Source: Chloroflexota bacterium (GTDB lineage Bacteria; Chloroflexota; Limnocylindria; Limnocylindrales; CSP1-4). From it: a stretch of 64,000 bases of DNA. Below the pieces are notes generated by a model. The model worked only from the letters and a program-made list of their open reading frames with translations. It searched no databases and was not told the origin of the DNA. The stretch covers positions 3,076 to 67,075 of the forward strand of contig JANMPD010000099.1 of assembly GCA_031369685.1 (NCBI GenBank), given 5' to 3'. The first letter of the stretch is position 1. Every line of letters starts with the position of its first letter. Below, one piece after another: positions 36,172 through 46,083 of this stretch. Both the position numbers and the translations under genes were made by a program.

Positions 36172-37542
36172 ATGTTCAGCAAGATCCTGATCGCCAACCG
36201 CGGAGAGATCGCCCTGCGGATCCTGCGCGCCTGTCGCACGATGGGCATCGAGGCCGTCGTCGCCTACAGCGAGGCCGATCGCGACAGCCTCGCCGTCCAG
36301 CTGGCGGACGAAGCGATCTGCATCGGCCCGTCGGACGCGCGGCGCTCGTACCTGTCCGTGCCGGCGATCATCTCAGCTGCGGTCGTGACGGGCTGCGATG
36401 CCATTCATCCGGGCTACGGCTTCCTGTCCGAGGACGAGACATTCGCCGAGGTCGTCCGCGCCCATGACCTGACGTTCATCGGTCCGCCGCCCGAGGTCCT
36501 CGATCGTTTCGCGAGCAAGGAAGGGACGCGCCGCCTCCTCGGTGGCTATGGCCTCCCGACGATCCCGGGTTCTGTCGGCATGCTCCGTGACGATGAGCAC
36601 GCGCTCGCCGAGGCGGACCGGATCGGCTATCCCGTCCTGATCAAGCCCTCCGCCGGGGGCGGCGGCAAGGGCATGCGCATGGTTCGAACCCCGCGAGAGC
36701 TCGAATCATCGCTCAGGGTCTGCCGATCCGAGGCGAAATCGGCATTCGGTGACGACGCCCTGTATCTCGAGAAGTGGCTCGACGACACCCGCCACGTCGA
36801 GGTCCAGGTCGCGGTCGATCGCTACGGCCTCGGCGTCCAGTTCGGTGAGCGCGACTGTTCGGTCCAGCGCCGCCACCAGAAGATCCTCGAGGAAGGTCCC
36901 ACCACCGCCCTCAGCCCCGCCGCTCGAGCCGAGCTGTGCGAGCGGGCGATCCACGCCGTGGTCGCGGCAGGCTATGAGAACGTCGGAACCCTCGAGTTCC
37001 TTGTCGATGCCGAGGGCAAGGCCTACTTCATCGAAATCAACTGTCGGATCCAGGTCGAGCATGGCGTGACCGAGATGCTGACCGGCATCGATCTCGTGGC
37101 GATGCAGATCCGGATCGCGGCCGGCGAGCCGCTGGGCATGACCCAGGCCGACGTGCAGCCCCGCGGGCACGCGATCGAGTTCCGAATCAACGCCGAGGAC
37201 CCGGCCCACGACTTCCGGCCCGGCGCGGGCACGGTCGAGCGGTATCACGCTCCGGGCGGCCCGGGGATCCGGATGGACTCACATCTGTTCCCAGGCTACG
37301 AGGTGCCGCCCTTCTATGACTCGCTGCTCGGCAAGTTGATCGCGTGGGGACCGGATCGGGCGACCGCCATCGAGCGGGGCCGGGCGGCGCTCGACGAACT
37401 CGTCGTCGATGGCATCGTGACCAACCTCGAGATCCACAAGGCGCTCATTTCCAGTGAGACGTTCCTCGAGGGTCGCATGACGACCAACTTGCTCGATCGA
37501 GTGGGCAGCGCGGCCTTTCTGGCTGCTGCCGCTCGGCCCTGA
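36172..37542 (+). CDS. accC: Acetyl-CoA carboxylase biotin carboxylase subunit
   Basis: MFSKILIANRGEIALRI start. ATP-grasp fold. Confidence 0.9.
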   Translation: MFSKILIANRGEIALRILRACRTMGIEAVVAYSEADRDSLAVQLADEAICIGPSDARRSYLSVPAIISAAVVTGCDAIHPGYGFLSEDETFAEVVRAHDLTFIGPPPEVLDRFASKEGTRRLLGGYGLPTIPGSVGMLRDDEHALAEADRIGYPVLIKPSAGGGGKGMRMVRTPRELESSLRVCRSEAKSAFGDDALYLEKWLDDTRHVEVQVAVDRYGLGVQFGERDCSVQRRHQKILEEGPTTALSPAARAELCERAIHAVVAAGYENVGTLEFLVDAEGKAYFIEINCRIQVEHGVTEMLTGIDLVAMQIRIAAGEPLGMTQADVQPRGHAIEFRINAEDPAHDFRPGAGTVERYHAPGGPGIRMDSHLFPGYEVPPFYDSLLGKLIAWGPDRATAIERGRAALDELVVDGIVTNLEIHKALISSETFLEGRMTTNLLDRVGSAAFLAAAARP

Positions 37543-37570
37543 CCACCCAGTCACCCTACGGAGCCTGCCC

Positions 37571-38026
37571 GTGACCGAGACCGTCCATTCAGCCCGAGAG
37601 ATCGAGGCGCTCATCCCGCACCGGTGGCCGATCCTGCTCGTGGATCGCATCATCGAGTACGACGCGGAGGCCAGGCGCATCGTCGGGATCAAGGGCGTGA
37701 CGGCGACGGAGTGGTTCTTCCAGGGGCACTTTCCGGGCCTGCCGGTGATGCCCGGCGTCTTCCAGGTCGAAGCGCTCGCCCAGACCATGGCCGTCTACGT
37801 GGCGAAGCAGCCCGGGTTTGGCGACCGGATCGGACTGTTCGCCGGGATCGACGACTGTCGGTTCAAGCGGGTCGTGGTCCCCGGCGACACGCTCCGGCTC
37901 GAGATCACGATGGACAAGCTCGGCAAGCGTTTCGGGCGCGGACACGGGATCGCCAGCGTGGACGGCGAAGTGGCCTGCGAAGCGACCTTGAGTTTCATCA
38001 TCCCCAGCGAAGGCGTCCTGCGATGA
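37571..38026 (+). CDS. fabZ: 3-hydroxyacyl-ACP dehydratase
   Basis: Hot-dog fold with the FabZ active-site region (WFFQGHFPGLPVMPGV). Confidence 0.9.
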   Translation: MTETVHSAREIEALIPHRWPILLVDRIIEYDAEARRIVGIKGVTATEWFFQGHFPGLPVMPGVFQVEALAQTMAVYVAKQPGFGDRIGLFAGIDDCRFKRVVVPGDTLRLEITMDKLGKRFGRGHGIASVDGEVACEATLSFIIPSEGVLR

Positions 38027-38159
38027 CGGCACCTCGCTGCGTTGTCGCCTGCGCGCCCTCGCTCACGCACGCTGGCGTGCGCCCGCTCGGGTGCTCGGCT
38101 CCGCCTTGCGCTGCCCCGCCCTCACAGGACGCGGGCCGACACGTACGCGGGGTGATGGC

Positions 38160-38906
38160 ATGAGCAGCCGCGTCGCCGTGCTGTCCGACGTCCACGGCAA
38201 CATCACCGCCCTCGAGGCGGTTCGAAAGGCCGTGAATCGCGAGAAGCCGGATGCCGTGCTCGTGGCCGGGGACCTGGTCTTGAATGGGCACGATCCGGTG
38301 GGCACGCTCGCGCTGCTCCGGGACATGGAGCGCGACGGCGCGATCATCGTCCAGGGCAACACCGACATTGCGGTGGCCGATTTCGATTACGCCGCGGCGT
38401 TCCCCTGGATGCAGGAAGGCGTCTCGGATTCCGTCCTGGCCGCCGTGGAATGGGCCCACGACACGCTCGACGACGAGGCCCTCGCGTGGCTCCGCCGCCT
38501 CCCCGCGGAACGGCGCCTCCGGATCGACGACACGATGCTCCTCGTGACCCACGGTTCGCCGGGTTCCCAGACGGCAGGGTTCGATCGGGACCTCGATGCC
38601 AGCGTCACCCTTGAGCGGCTCTCCCGAACCGACGCGCGGATCATCTGCTGCGGGCACACGCATATCCCCGACATTCGCGACTTTGGCTGGAAGCAGATCG
38701 TCAACGCGGGCAGCGCGGGCAACACGCTGGACGGCGATCCGACCGCATCGTGGGCGCTGGTCACCCTCGAAGGGGAATCGGTGACCGCCGAGATCAAACG
38801 GACCGAATTCGACACGATGACGGTGGCCACAGCGCTGTCCGAGCGAGGCCTGCCCGGTGATGTCTATCGCGCCGCCACGGTTCGTACAGGGAAGCTCGTT
38901 CGGTGA
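38160..38906 (+). CDS. Metallophosphoesterase (calcineurin-like, YfcE-type)
   Basis: VLSDVHGN, GDLV, GNTD and CGHTH metal-binding motifs. Confidence 0.75.
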   Translation: MSSRVAVLSDVHGNITALEAVRKAVNREKPDAVLVAGDLVLNGHDPVGTLALLRDMERDGAIIVQGNTDIAVADFDYAAAFPWMQEGVSDSVLAAVEWAHDTLDDEALAWLRRLPAERRLRIDDTMLLVTHGSPGSQTAGFDRDLDASVTLERLSRTDARIICCGHTHIPDIRDFGWKQIVNAGSAGNTLDGDPTASWALVTLEGESVTAEIKRTEFDTMTVATALSERGLPGDVYRAATVRTGKLVR

Positions 38907-40162
38907 ACGGCGGTTCGCCGCGCGTCGTCGTCACCGGCATGGGCGCCCTCTCCGCGCTCGGGAATGACGTTGCGTCAACATGGGACGGCCTGCTCGCAGG
39001 ACGTTCCGGGATCAGGACGATCCAGGCGTTCAACCCCGCGCGCCTCACATCGCGGATCGCCGGCGAGGTGCGTGACTTCGATGCGAGTGGCGTGCTCGAT
39101 CGCAAGGACATGCGCCGCACGGATCGATACATCCAGTTCGGTCTGGTCGCCGCCCGGGAGGCGCTCGATCAGGCCGGGTTTCCCGGCCGGATGGACGGGC
39201 CGCTCGCCGAGCGAACCGGCGTGATCATGGGCTCGGGCCTCGGCGGCGTCGCGACGCTGTTCGACAATGTGCTCGTGATGGGCGCGCGAGGGCCCGATCG
39301 AATCAGCCCCTTCTTCATTCCGATGGGAATCGCCAATGTCGGCGCTGGCCAGATCGCCATCGCGTTCGGGCCACTGGGACCGAACTTCGCGATCGTCTCG
39401 GCCTGCGCCACCGGCGCCCACGCGATCGGTGAAGCCTGGGAGACGATCCGGCGTGGCGACGCGGAAGTCATGCTCGCGGGGGGTTCCGAAGCCACCATCC
39501 ACGAGGCCGTGGTTGGCGGATTCGCGTCGATGAAGGCCCTGTCGACCAGGAATGACGATCCGGAAAGGGCATCCCGTCCGTTCGACAAGGGTCGGGATGG
39601 GTTCGTGATCGGCGAGGGGAGCGGCGTGCTCGTGCTCGAATCGCTGGCCCATGCCAGCGCCCGCGGCGCCGAGCCGCTGGCCGAGATCGTGGGCTACGGG
39701 GCAACCGCCGATGCATCGCACATCACGCTCCCGGCACCGGGTGGGATCGGCGCGGTCCGAGCTGCCCGACGCGCGCTCGCGAAGGCCGGGCTCGATGCCT
39801 CCGAGGTGGATCACCTCAACGCCCACGCAACCTCGACGCCGGAAGGCGATCGTGCCGAGCTCCAGGCGATCCACACGATCTTCGGCGATCACGCCCCGCA
39901 GGTTGCCGTGACCGCCAACAAGTCCATGCTCGGCCACACCCTTGGCGCGGCGGGTGCCCTGGAATCGATCTCGGTGATCCAGGCGCTCCGAACCGGCTCT
40001 GTACCGCCGACGATCAACCTGACCGATCCCGACGACGACGCGGACGGCCTGGACCTGTCGCCGGTCCTGGCCTCCCAACGCGATCTTCGGATCGGCGTCA
40101 ACAACTCGTTCGGCTTCGGCGGCCAGAATGCTGCCCTCATCTTCCGGCGGTGGGACGCATGA
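38903..40162 (+). CDS. fabF: Beta-ketoacyl-ACP synthase II
   Basis: Thiolase fold. Active-site Cys in the AC(A)TGAHA motif. C-terminal NSFGFGGQNA. ATGA overlap upstream. Confidence 0.9.
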   Translation: MNGGSPRVVVTGMGALSALGNDVASTWDGLLAGRSGIRTIQAFNPARLTSRIAGEVRDFDASGVLDRKDMRRTDRYIQFGLVAAREALDQAGFPGRMDGPLAERTGVIMGSGLGGVATLFDNVLVMGARGPDRISPFFIPMGIANVGAGQIAIAFGPLGPNFAIVSACATGAHAIGEAWETIRRGDAEVMLAGGSEATIHEAVVGGFASMKALSTRNDDPERASRPFDKGRDGFVIGEGSGVLVLESLAHASARGAEPLAEIVGYGATADASHITLPAPGGIGAVRAARRALAKAGLDASEVDHLNAHATSTPEGDRAELQAIHTIFGDHAPQVAVTANKSMLGHTLGAAGALESISVIQALRTGSVPPTINLTDPDDDADGLDLSPVLASQRDLRIGVNNSFGFGGQNAALIFRRWDA

Positions 40163-40755
40163 GCCCGAGTCGTCGGAACCGACCGGATGGACCGGGCTCG
40201 GACAGCCCCGGTGCCGCCGACGGGGCGGTGCCTTCTGACGGTGGCGTATCGGCGGCAGGTTCGAGCTCGGATCCCACGCTGAGCACGGCTACGGCCGACG
40301 CCGGCAACACCACCCTGCTCGCGCTCATCGATCGGCTCGCGGGCATGCTGGACCGGAGCGACTTGACCGAGCTCGAGGTCCAGGTCGGCGAAACTGCCGT
40401 CGTTCTCCGCAAGCACGCCGCCGTGACGCGCGCCCCGGTCGCGGCGCCCGCACCCGCCCTAGCCGGCTCGGCCGGCCCTGGTGCCGAAGTCGCACCGGCC
40501 GGCTCCGTGGTCACCCGCCCGTCGGTCAAGGCGCCCCTGACCGGCATCTGGTACGGATCGCCGTCCCCCGGGACGGCCGCGTACGTGACCCCGGGCGGCG
40601 AAGTCGCGGCCGGCCAGGTCATCGGCCTGATCGAGGCCATGAAGCTGTTCAACGAGATCAAGAGCGATCTGTCCGGCCGTGTCGTCAAGGTCCACGCTGA
40701 GGACGGAAATTTGGTCAAGGCCAAGCAGCCATTGATCGAGGTGGATCCACTGTGA
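40150..40755 (+). CDS. accB: Acetyl-CoA carboxylase biotin carboxyl carrier protein (canonical, Lys-containing)
   Basis: Biotinyl motif IEAMKLFNEI. N-terminal domain ELEVQVGETAVVL. Low-complexity N-terminus; the true start may lie downstream of 40150. Confidence 0.8.
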   Translation: MGRMSPSRRNRPDGPGSDSPGAADGAVPSDGGVSAAGSSSDPTLSTATADAGNTTLLALIDRLAGMLDRSDLTELEVQVGETAVVLRKHAAVTRAPVAAPAPALAGSAGPGAEVAPAGSVVTRPSVKAPLTGIWYGSPSPGTAAYVTPGGEVAAGQVIGLIEAMKLFNEIKSDLSGRVVKVHAEDGNLVKAKQPLIEVDPL

Positions 40756-41957
40756 ACCCCGAGACCGGACCCGCGCTCCATGCTCATGTCACCGGCTGGG
40801 GCCGCTACGTGCCCGAACACATCCTGACCAACGCCGACCTCGAGAAGATGGTCGACACGAACGACGAGTGGATCGTGACCCGGACCGGCATCCGCGAGCG
40901 GCGAGTCGCCGCGGCCCACGAGACCACGGCCTCCATGGCCGCCGTGGCCGGCCTTCGCGCGATCAGGACCGCCGGGATCGATCCCGAGGACATCGACCTC
41001 ATCCTGCTCGCGACGCTCACCCCGGACTACTGGATGCCCTCGACCGCCGCGCTCGTGAAGGAGGCGATCGGCAACCAGAAGGCCGCCGCGATGGACATTG
41101 CGGCCGCCTGCTCGGGATTCGTCTACGCGTTCGCGACGGCCCAGGCCTACGTGACCTCGGGTCTTGCCCGCCACGTCCTCGTGATCGGCGCCGAGCTGCT
41201 CACTCGATTCCTCGACTACACGGATCGAGGGACGTGCATCCTCTTCGGGGATGGGGCCGGTGCCGTGGTCGTGTCGGCGTCCAACGAGCCCGGCGGCAGC
41301 CTTGGCATCGAGATGACAACCGAGCCCCAGGGTGCGTACATGATCTGGTTGCCGGCGGGAGGCGCCAAGGCGCCGCCATCAGCCGAGACCATCCGCCGGG
41401 GCGAGCACTACATCCGCATGGAGGGCCGGGAGACCTATCGGTTTGCCACACGGACGCTGGCCACCACGGCGCTGGAATCCGTTCGGCGCGCCGGCCTCGA
41501 GCCCGACGACATCCGCCTGTTCATCCCGCACCAGGCCAACATCCGGATCATCGAGGCCGTCGCCAAGGGCCTCGACCTGCCCATGGACCGAATGTTCGTG
41601 AACCTCGACAAGTACGGCAACACGTCCGCTGCATCCGTCCCGATCGCCCTGGCCGAAGCCGTCAATGAGGGCCGGGTCGATGTCGGTGACGCAATCTGCA
41701 TCGTCGCATTCGGGGCAGGCTTCACCTCCGGAGCTGCCACCATCCGCTGGACGGCCGACCCCGCGCGTGGCATCGCCGGTGACGCCGCTGTCGACCCATC
41801 GACGGTCCACGTACGTCTTCCACAGGACTGGGACGCTGTTGACCCAATCCCGGCCGCCCTGGCCGAGATGATGGCGCGTCCGGATCCGCTGAACACGCCG
41901 CTGGACGACGTCGTACCGGACGAACCAGCTCCGTCTGCCACGGAGGTCCATCGATGA
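40752..41957 (+). CDS. fabH: Beta-ketoacyl-ACP synthase III with an approximately 70-aa C-terminal extension
   Basis: Catalytic triad context (AAACSGFVYA; HQANIRI; NTSAAS) and GWGRYVP start motif. 401 aa versus about 330 typical. Confidence 0.85.
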   Translation: MNPETGPALHAHVTGWGRYVPEHILTNADLEKMVDTNDEWIVTRTGIRERRVAAAHETTASMAAVAGLRAIRTAGIDPEDIDLILLATLTPDYWMPSTAALVKEAIGNQKAAAMDIAAACSGFVYAFATAQAYVTSGLARHVLVIGAELLTRFLDYTDRGTCILFGDGAGAVVVSASNEPGGSLGIEMTTEPQGAYMIWLPAGGAKAPPSAETIRRGEHYIRMEGRETYRFATRTLATTALESVRRAGLEPDDIRLFIPHQANIRIIEAVAKGLDLPMDRMFVNLDKYGNTSAASVPIALAEAVNEGRVDVGDAICIVAFGAGFTSGAATIRWTADPARGIAGDAAVDPSTVHVRLPQDWDAVDPIPAALAEMMARPDPLNTPLDDVVPDEPAPSATEVHR

Positions 41958-42742
41958 TCGATCTCACGGGCAAGTCCGCGGTTGTCACCGGTGGATCCCG
42001 CGGCATCGGGCGGGCCATCGTGCTCCGCCTGGCCACGCAGGGCGCCGATGTGGCCTTCAGTTATCGGGGGAGCGCGGCGACACCAATGGGCCACGGGAGC
42101 GGGCCAAGTCGCTCGGGAGCACCAGCGGAGGTCGTGGAGGCGGTCCGGGCCCTCGGTCGGCAGGCGCTCCCGGTCCAGGGCGATGTCAGCGATCCTGCGG
42201 CGGCCGACGCGCTGATCAAGGCGGCGCTCGAGGCCTTCGGCAAGGTCGACATCCTCGTCAACAACGCCGGCATCACCCGCGATGACCTGATCATGCGGAT
42301 GTCCGTCGAAGCCTGGCAGGACGTCATCAACACCAACCTGTCGGGCGCGTTCTACGCGATCAAGGCCGTGACCCGACCGATGCTCAAGGCCAAGGGCGGC
42401 CGGATCATCAATATCACATCGGTCTCGGGGCAGGCAGGGCAGACCGGGCAGGCCAACTATTCCGCCGCGAAGGCCGGACTCATCGGTCTGACCAAGGCCA
42501 CGGCGCGCGAACTCGCGTCCCGCGGGATCACCTGCAACGCCGTGGCTCCCGGGTTCGTCCTGACCGAGCTGACCCAGGGCCTGGCGCAACCGCTCCAGGA
42601 TGAGATCACCTCGCGGACGCCGCTCGGCCGATTCGGCACGCCCGAGGAGATCGCGAATGCCGTCGCGTTCCTGGCCAGCGATGATGCCGCCTACATCACG
42701 GGCCAGGTCCTGGCTGTCGATGGTGGCCTGGTGATGATGTAG
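41954..42742 (+). CDS. fabG: 3-oxoacyl-ACP reductase
   Basis: SDR motifs TGGSRGIG, NNAG and YSAAKAG. Low-complexity insertion (GSAATPMGHGSGPSRSGAP). Confidence 0.9.
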   Translation: MIDLTGKSAVVTGGSRGIGRAIVLRLATQGADVAFSYRGSAATPMGHGSGPSRSGAPAEVVEAVRALGRQALPVQGDVSDPAAADALIKAALEAFGKVDILVNNAGITRDDLIMRMSVEAWQDVINTNLSGAFYAIKAVTRPMLKAKGGRIINITSVSGQAGQTGQANYSAAKAGLIGLTKATARELASRGITCNAVAPGFVLTELTQGLAQPLQDEITSRTPLGRFGTPEEIANAVAFLASDDAAYITGQVLAVDGGLVMM

Positions 42743-42764
42743 CGACCGGACCGGTGGTCGGCCC

Positions 42765-43928
42765 TCAGCCCCGCAGGGCCTCCCCGAGCGCCCCGACAAC
42801 GCGATCGACTTCGCCGTCGGTCAGATCCGGGTAGATCGGCAGCGAGATCTCCCGCTCGTATTCCCGGGTCGCCACGGAGAGGTCATCGGCTTCGTAGCCG
42901 TATGTTCGCCGGTAGTACGGATGGAGATGCAACGGGATGAAGTGGACGCTCGTCCCGATCCCCGCGTCACGCAAGCGCTCGATCACCGCCGCTCGCCGCT
43001 CCGCCCCGCCCTCCTTGAGCCGGACCGGGAAGAGGTGCCAGGCGTGGACTTCGCCCGGGATAGGTTCCATCGGCAGGTCGACCCAGTCCACGATCCCCGT
43101 CGATCGTATGCCGGCCGCGTATCGGACCGCGATCCGCTCCCGCGACAGTCGCATCGACTCCGCCCGCTCCAGTTGCACGATTCCGATCGCGGCAGCGAGG
43201 TCGGTCATGTTGTATTTGAATCCGGCGTCCTCGATCTCGTAGTACCAACTGCCAGCCGCGGTGTAACGCTTCCAGGCATCCCGGCTGATCCCATGCAGAC
43301 GCATCACCCGGGCTCGATCGGCGATTGCATCGTCATCGGTTACGAGCATCCCGCCCTCCCCGGTCGTCACCGTCTTCGTGGCGTAGAAACTGAGCGCCCC
43401 TGCGGTACCGATCGAGCCGGCAGCGCGACCGTTCCTCGAGGCGGGGAGCGCGTGGGCGGCATCCTCGATGACCGCGATCCCGCGGTCACGCGCGAAATCG
43501 ACGATGCCCTCCACGTCGGCCATGAGTCCGCCGAAGTGGACGACGATCAGCGCTTTCGTCGTCGGTCGCAATTGCGCCTCGACGGTCTCCACCGTCAGGT
43601 TCAGCGTCCGAGCGTCGACATCGGCGAGCCGCGGCCGTGCGCCGACATAGCGGACAACCTCGCCACAGGCCGCAAACGTATACGTGGGTACGATTACCTC
43701 GTCGGTCGGGCCGATGTGGAGCGCTTCGAGCGCCAGGTGGAGCGCCGCGGTCGCGGAGTTGACCGCTACGGCGTGTCGTGTCCCGACGGTCGAGGCGACA
43801 ACCTCCTCAAACGCCATCGACCGCTCGCCCGTCGTAAGCCAGCCCGAATCCAGGACCCGCAGTACGGCTTCTCGTTCAGGGGCTGTAATCGAGGGTCGAT
43901 GGAACGGGATGGCCGACGAGCCGGTCAT
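42765..43928 (-). CDS. DegT/DnrJ/EryC1/StrS family sugar aminotransferase (PglE-like)
   Basis: PLP fold-type I sugar aminotransferase. Lys in FYATKTVTTGEGG. 4-nt overlap with the upstream dehydratase. Confidence 0.9.
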   Translation of the reverse strand: MTGSSAIPFHRPSITAPEREAVLRVLDSGWLTTGERSMAFEEVVASTVGTRHAVAVNSATAALHLALEALHIGPTDEVIVPTYTFAACGEVVRYVGARPRLADVDARTLNLTVETVEAQLRPTTKALIVVHFGGLMADVEGIVDFARDRGIAVIEDAAHALPASRNGRAAGSIGTAGALSFYATKTVTTGEGGMLVTDDDAIADRARVMRLHGISRDAWKRYTAAGSWYYEIEDAGFKYNMTDLAAAIGIVQLERAESMRLSRERIAVRYAAGIRSTGIVDWVDLPMEPIPGEVHAWHLFPVRLKEGGAERRAAVIERLRDAGIGTSVHFIPLHLHPYYRRTYGYEADDLSVATREYEREISLPIYPDLTDGEVDRVVGALGEALRG

Positions 43929-45838
43929 CTCACAGTCGACTCCATCTCGGCTGAATTGGATGCAAGAACGCCCGAATGGGTCAGTTTCTCTCGCACGACC
44001 CGATTGTCCGCGGCCAGCGCGGCCACCTCCAGCTCGGCTACGAGCTCTCCAAGCGGCACCCGCATTGGCGGCCCCTTGAGGGGGATTGTGCGGAAGACGC
44101 GGTCATGCGTTGTCGGCCGAACGGTCTCGTGGTCGAACAGGAGAGTCTCATGGAGCCGCTCGCCGGGGCGCAGGCCCGTGAAGACTATTTCGACATCGCC
44201 CACGTCCAGCCCGGCCAGGCGGATCATGTCGGCCGCAAGCTCGACGATGCGGATCGGCTCGCCCATATCGAGGATGTAGACCTCGCCAGGAGTGGAGTCC
44301 GATCCGGCAAGCAAGATCAGGCCGACCGCTTCGGGGATCGTCATGAAGTAGCGAGTGGCGTCGGGGTCAGTGATCGTGAGAGGCAGCCCCTGCTCGAGTT
44401 GCCGCTGAAAGATTGGGACGACGCTGCCGCTGGACCCGAGCACGTTCCCGAATCGGACGGCGGTGTACGCACGGTTGTTGGCTTCAGCCGCCTCAACGGT
44501 GAGCAACTCCGCAAGTCGCTTTGTCGCGCCCATGATCCCGCTCGGTGCGACCGCCTTATCGGTCGAGATCAGGACCAACTGTCCAACACCTGTTGAGACG
44601 CAGGCATCGATGACATTTCGGGTTCCGACCACGTTCGTGAGGACGGCCTCGGATGGGAACGATTCGCAGATCGGGACATGCTTGAGAGCCGCCGCGTGAA
44701 ACACCACGTCGGCCTCCGAGGCGTTGATTGCCTGGAGGACGGCTGCCTTGGAACGAATGTCGAGAAGTTCTGCGTGGACCGTCGCCCCCCCGGGCCACGA
44801 TTGTTCTGCGAGGCTCCGTTCGATGGCCCATAGCGCAACCTCGCTGTTGTCGATGAGGGTGAGGCGCCTCGGACCAAGCGCCAGGATCTGTCGCGCCAGT
44901 TCGCCGCCGATCGATCCACCCGCTCCCGTTACAACGATGCTCGCGCCGTTCAGATAGGCCAGCAACTCGTCAGAGTTGCGAGTGGCTGGATCCCGACGAA
45001 GCAGATCATCCAAACTGACGGGTCGGATCCTCGCGAGGCGATCACCATTGCCGAGCAACTCCCGCAGATCCGGCACGATCTTGATGTCGAGGCCGAGGCC
45101 TCGGCCGCTTTCCACCGCTCGTCGCACGACCACGCCGGGGGCGGAGGGCATAGCAACGACGAGGAGCGTGGCTCCGGTCGCGCGAACCGCCTCCGGCATC
45201 CGCTCGAGTCCACCATATATTTTCGCGCCCAGCATCTGCGAGCCCCGTTTGGCGGCATCATCGTCGAGAAAGCCCACAACCTTTACCTGAACCGTCCGGT
45301 CATGCCGGGCCAGTCGTGCGATGGCAGCGCCCGCCTCGCCGGCTCCGTAAACAAGCGTGCGTACTTCTCTCGACTCGCGGTCTGACGCTCCGTTTGACCG
45401 AACTGCCTCGAGCATCGATCGAATGGCGAAACGGCCGCCCCCGATGAGCAGGAGATTGAGCATCGCCATAAGCGGGAAGAAGGATCGCGGCATCCCACTA
45501 GTCCCCGGAGCATCGACGGCTGCGAGAATCAAGAACGTCGCCGCCGCCAAGACGGACCCGGTACCGACAGCAGCCGCGATCCCGAGGAGTTCGCGAACCG
45601 ATGCATACCGCCATTCGCGACGATAGAGACCGAACATGACATTGACGATCGGTTGGATGGCCAAGGGAAGCAACGCGACCGGTAGATAGGGCCGCATCGA
45701 GGCGAGGACATCGCTGGCATCGAATCGCAGGGCAAACGCCCCAAGGATGGACAACCCCGTGACGGCGAGGTCGTATACGAACAGGTGTCGACCTCTGATC
45801 GCGAATCGGGGGGTTGCGGCCTGTTTGTCGCTCGGCAT
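43925..45838 (-). CDS. Membrane-anchored NDP-sugar 4,6-dehydratase (CapD/PglF/WbpM family polysaccharide biosynthesis protein)
   Basis: Four N-terminal TM helices. Two Rossmann domains (VVTGAGGSIGGELARQ). Start at MPSDKQ. The ORF extends to 46003. Confidence 0.85.
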   Translation of the reverse strand: MPSDKQAATPRFAIRGRHLFVYDLAVTGLSILGAFALRFDASDVLASMRPYLPVALLPLAIQPIVNVMFGLYRREWRYASVRELLGIAAAVGTGSVLAAATFLILAAVDAPGTSGMPRSFFPLMAMLNLLLIGGGRFAIRSMLEAVRSNGASDRESREVRTLVYGAGEAGAAIARLARHDRTVQVKVVGFLDDDAAKRGSQMLGAKIYGGLERMPEAVRATGATLLVVAMPSAPGVVVRRAVESGRGLGLDIKIVPDLRELLGNGDRLARIRPVSLDDLLRRDPATRNSDELLAYLNGASIVVTGAGGSIGGELARQILALGPRRLTLIDNSEVALWAIERSLAEQSWPGGATVHAELLDIRSKAAVLQAINASEADVVFHAAALKHVPICESFPSEAVLTNVVGTRNVIDACVSTGVGQLVLISTDKAVAPSGIMGATKRLAELLTVEAAEANNRAYTAVRFGNVLGSSGSVVPIFQRQLEQGLPLTITDPDATRYFMTIPEAVGLILLAGSDSTPGEVYILDMGEPIRIVELAADMIRLAGLDVGDVEIVFTGLRPGERLHETLLFDHETVRPTTHDRVFRTIPLKGPPMRVPLGELVAELEVAALAADNRVVREKLTHSGVLASNSAEMESTVR

Positions 45839-46083
45839 TGTGGTCAACGACACATGAACGCTTGCCCCCAAGTCCGATGGCCGCACAACGCAGCCATCTT
45901 GATCCGTGATCCAGGGGATTCTCGCGCGACCCCGATAAACAGGGTACCACTCGCGCTTGGCGACGAACGTCGTGACGACGGGCGAATACGGGGCCGACCG
46001 CAAGGGCGACCACGAATGGCCACCTGTGGACGCGACCGCCTTGCCCGAGACGCTGAGTTTGCTGTGCTAGACTCCGGCCCGAT

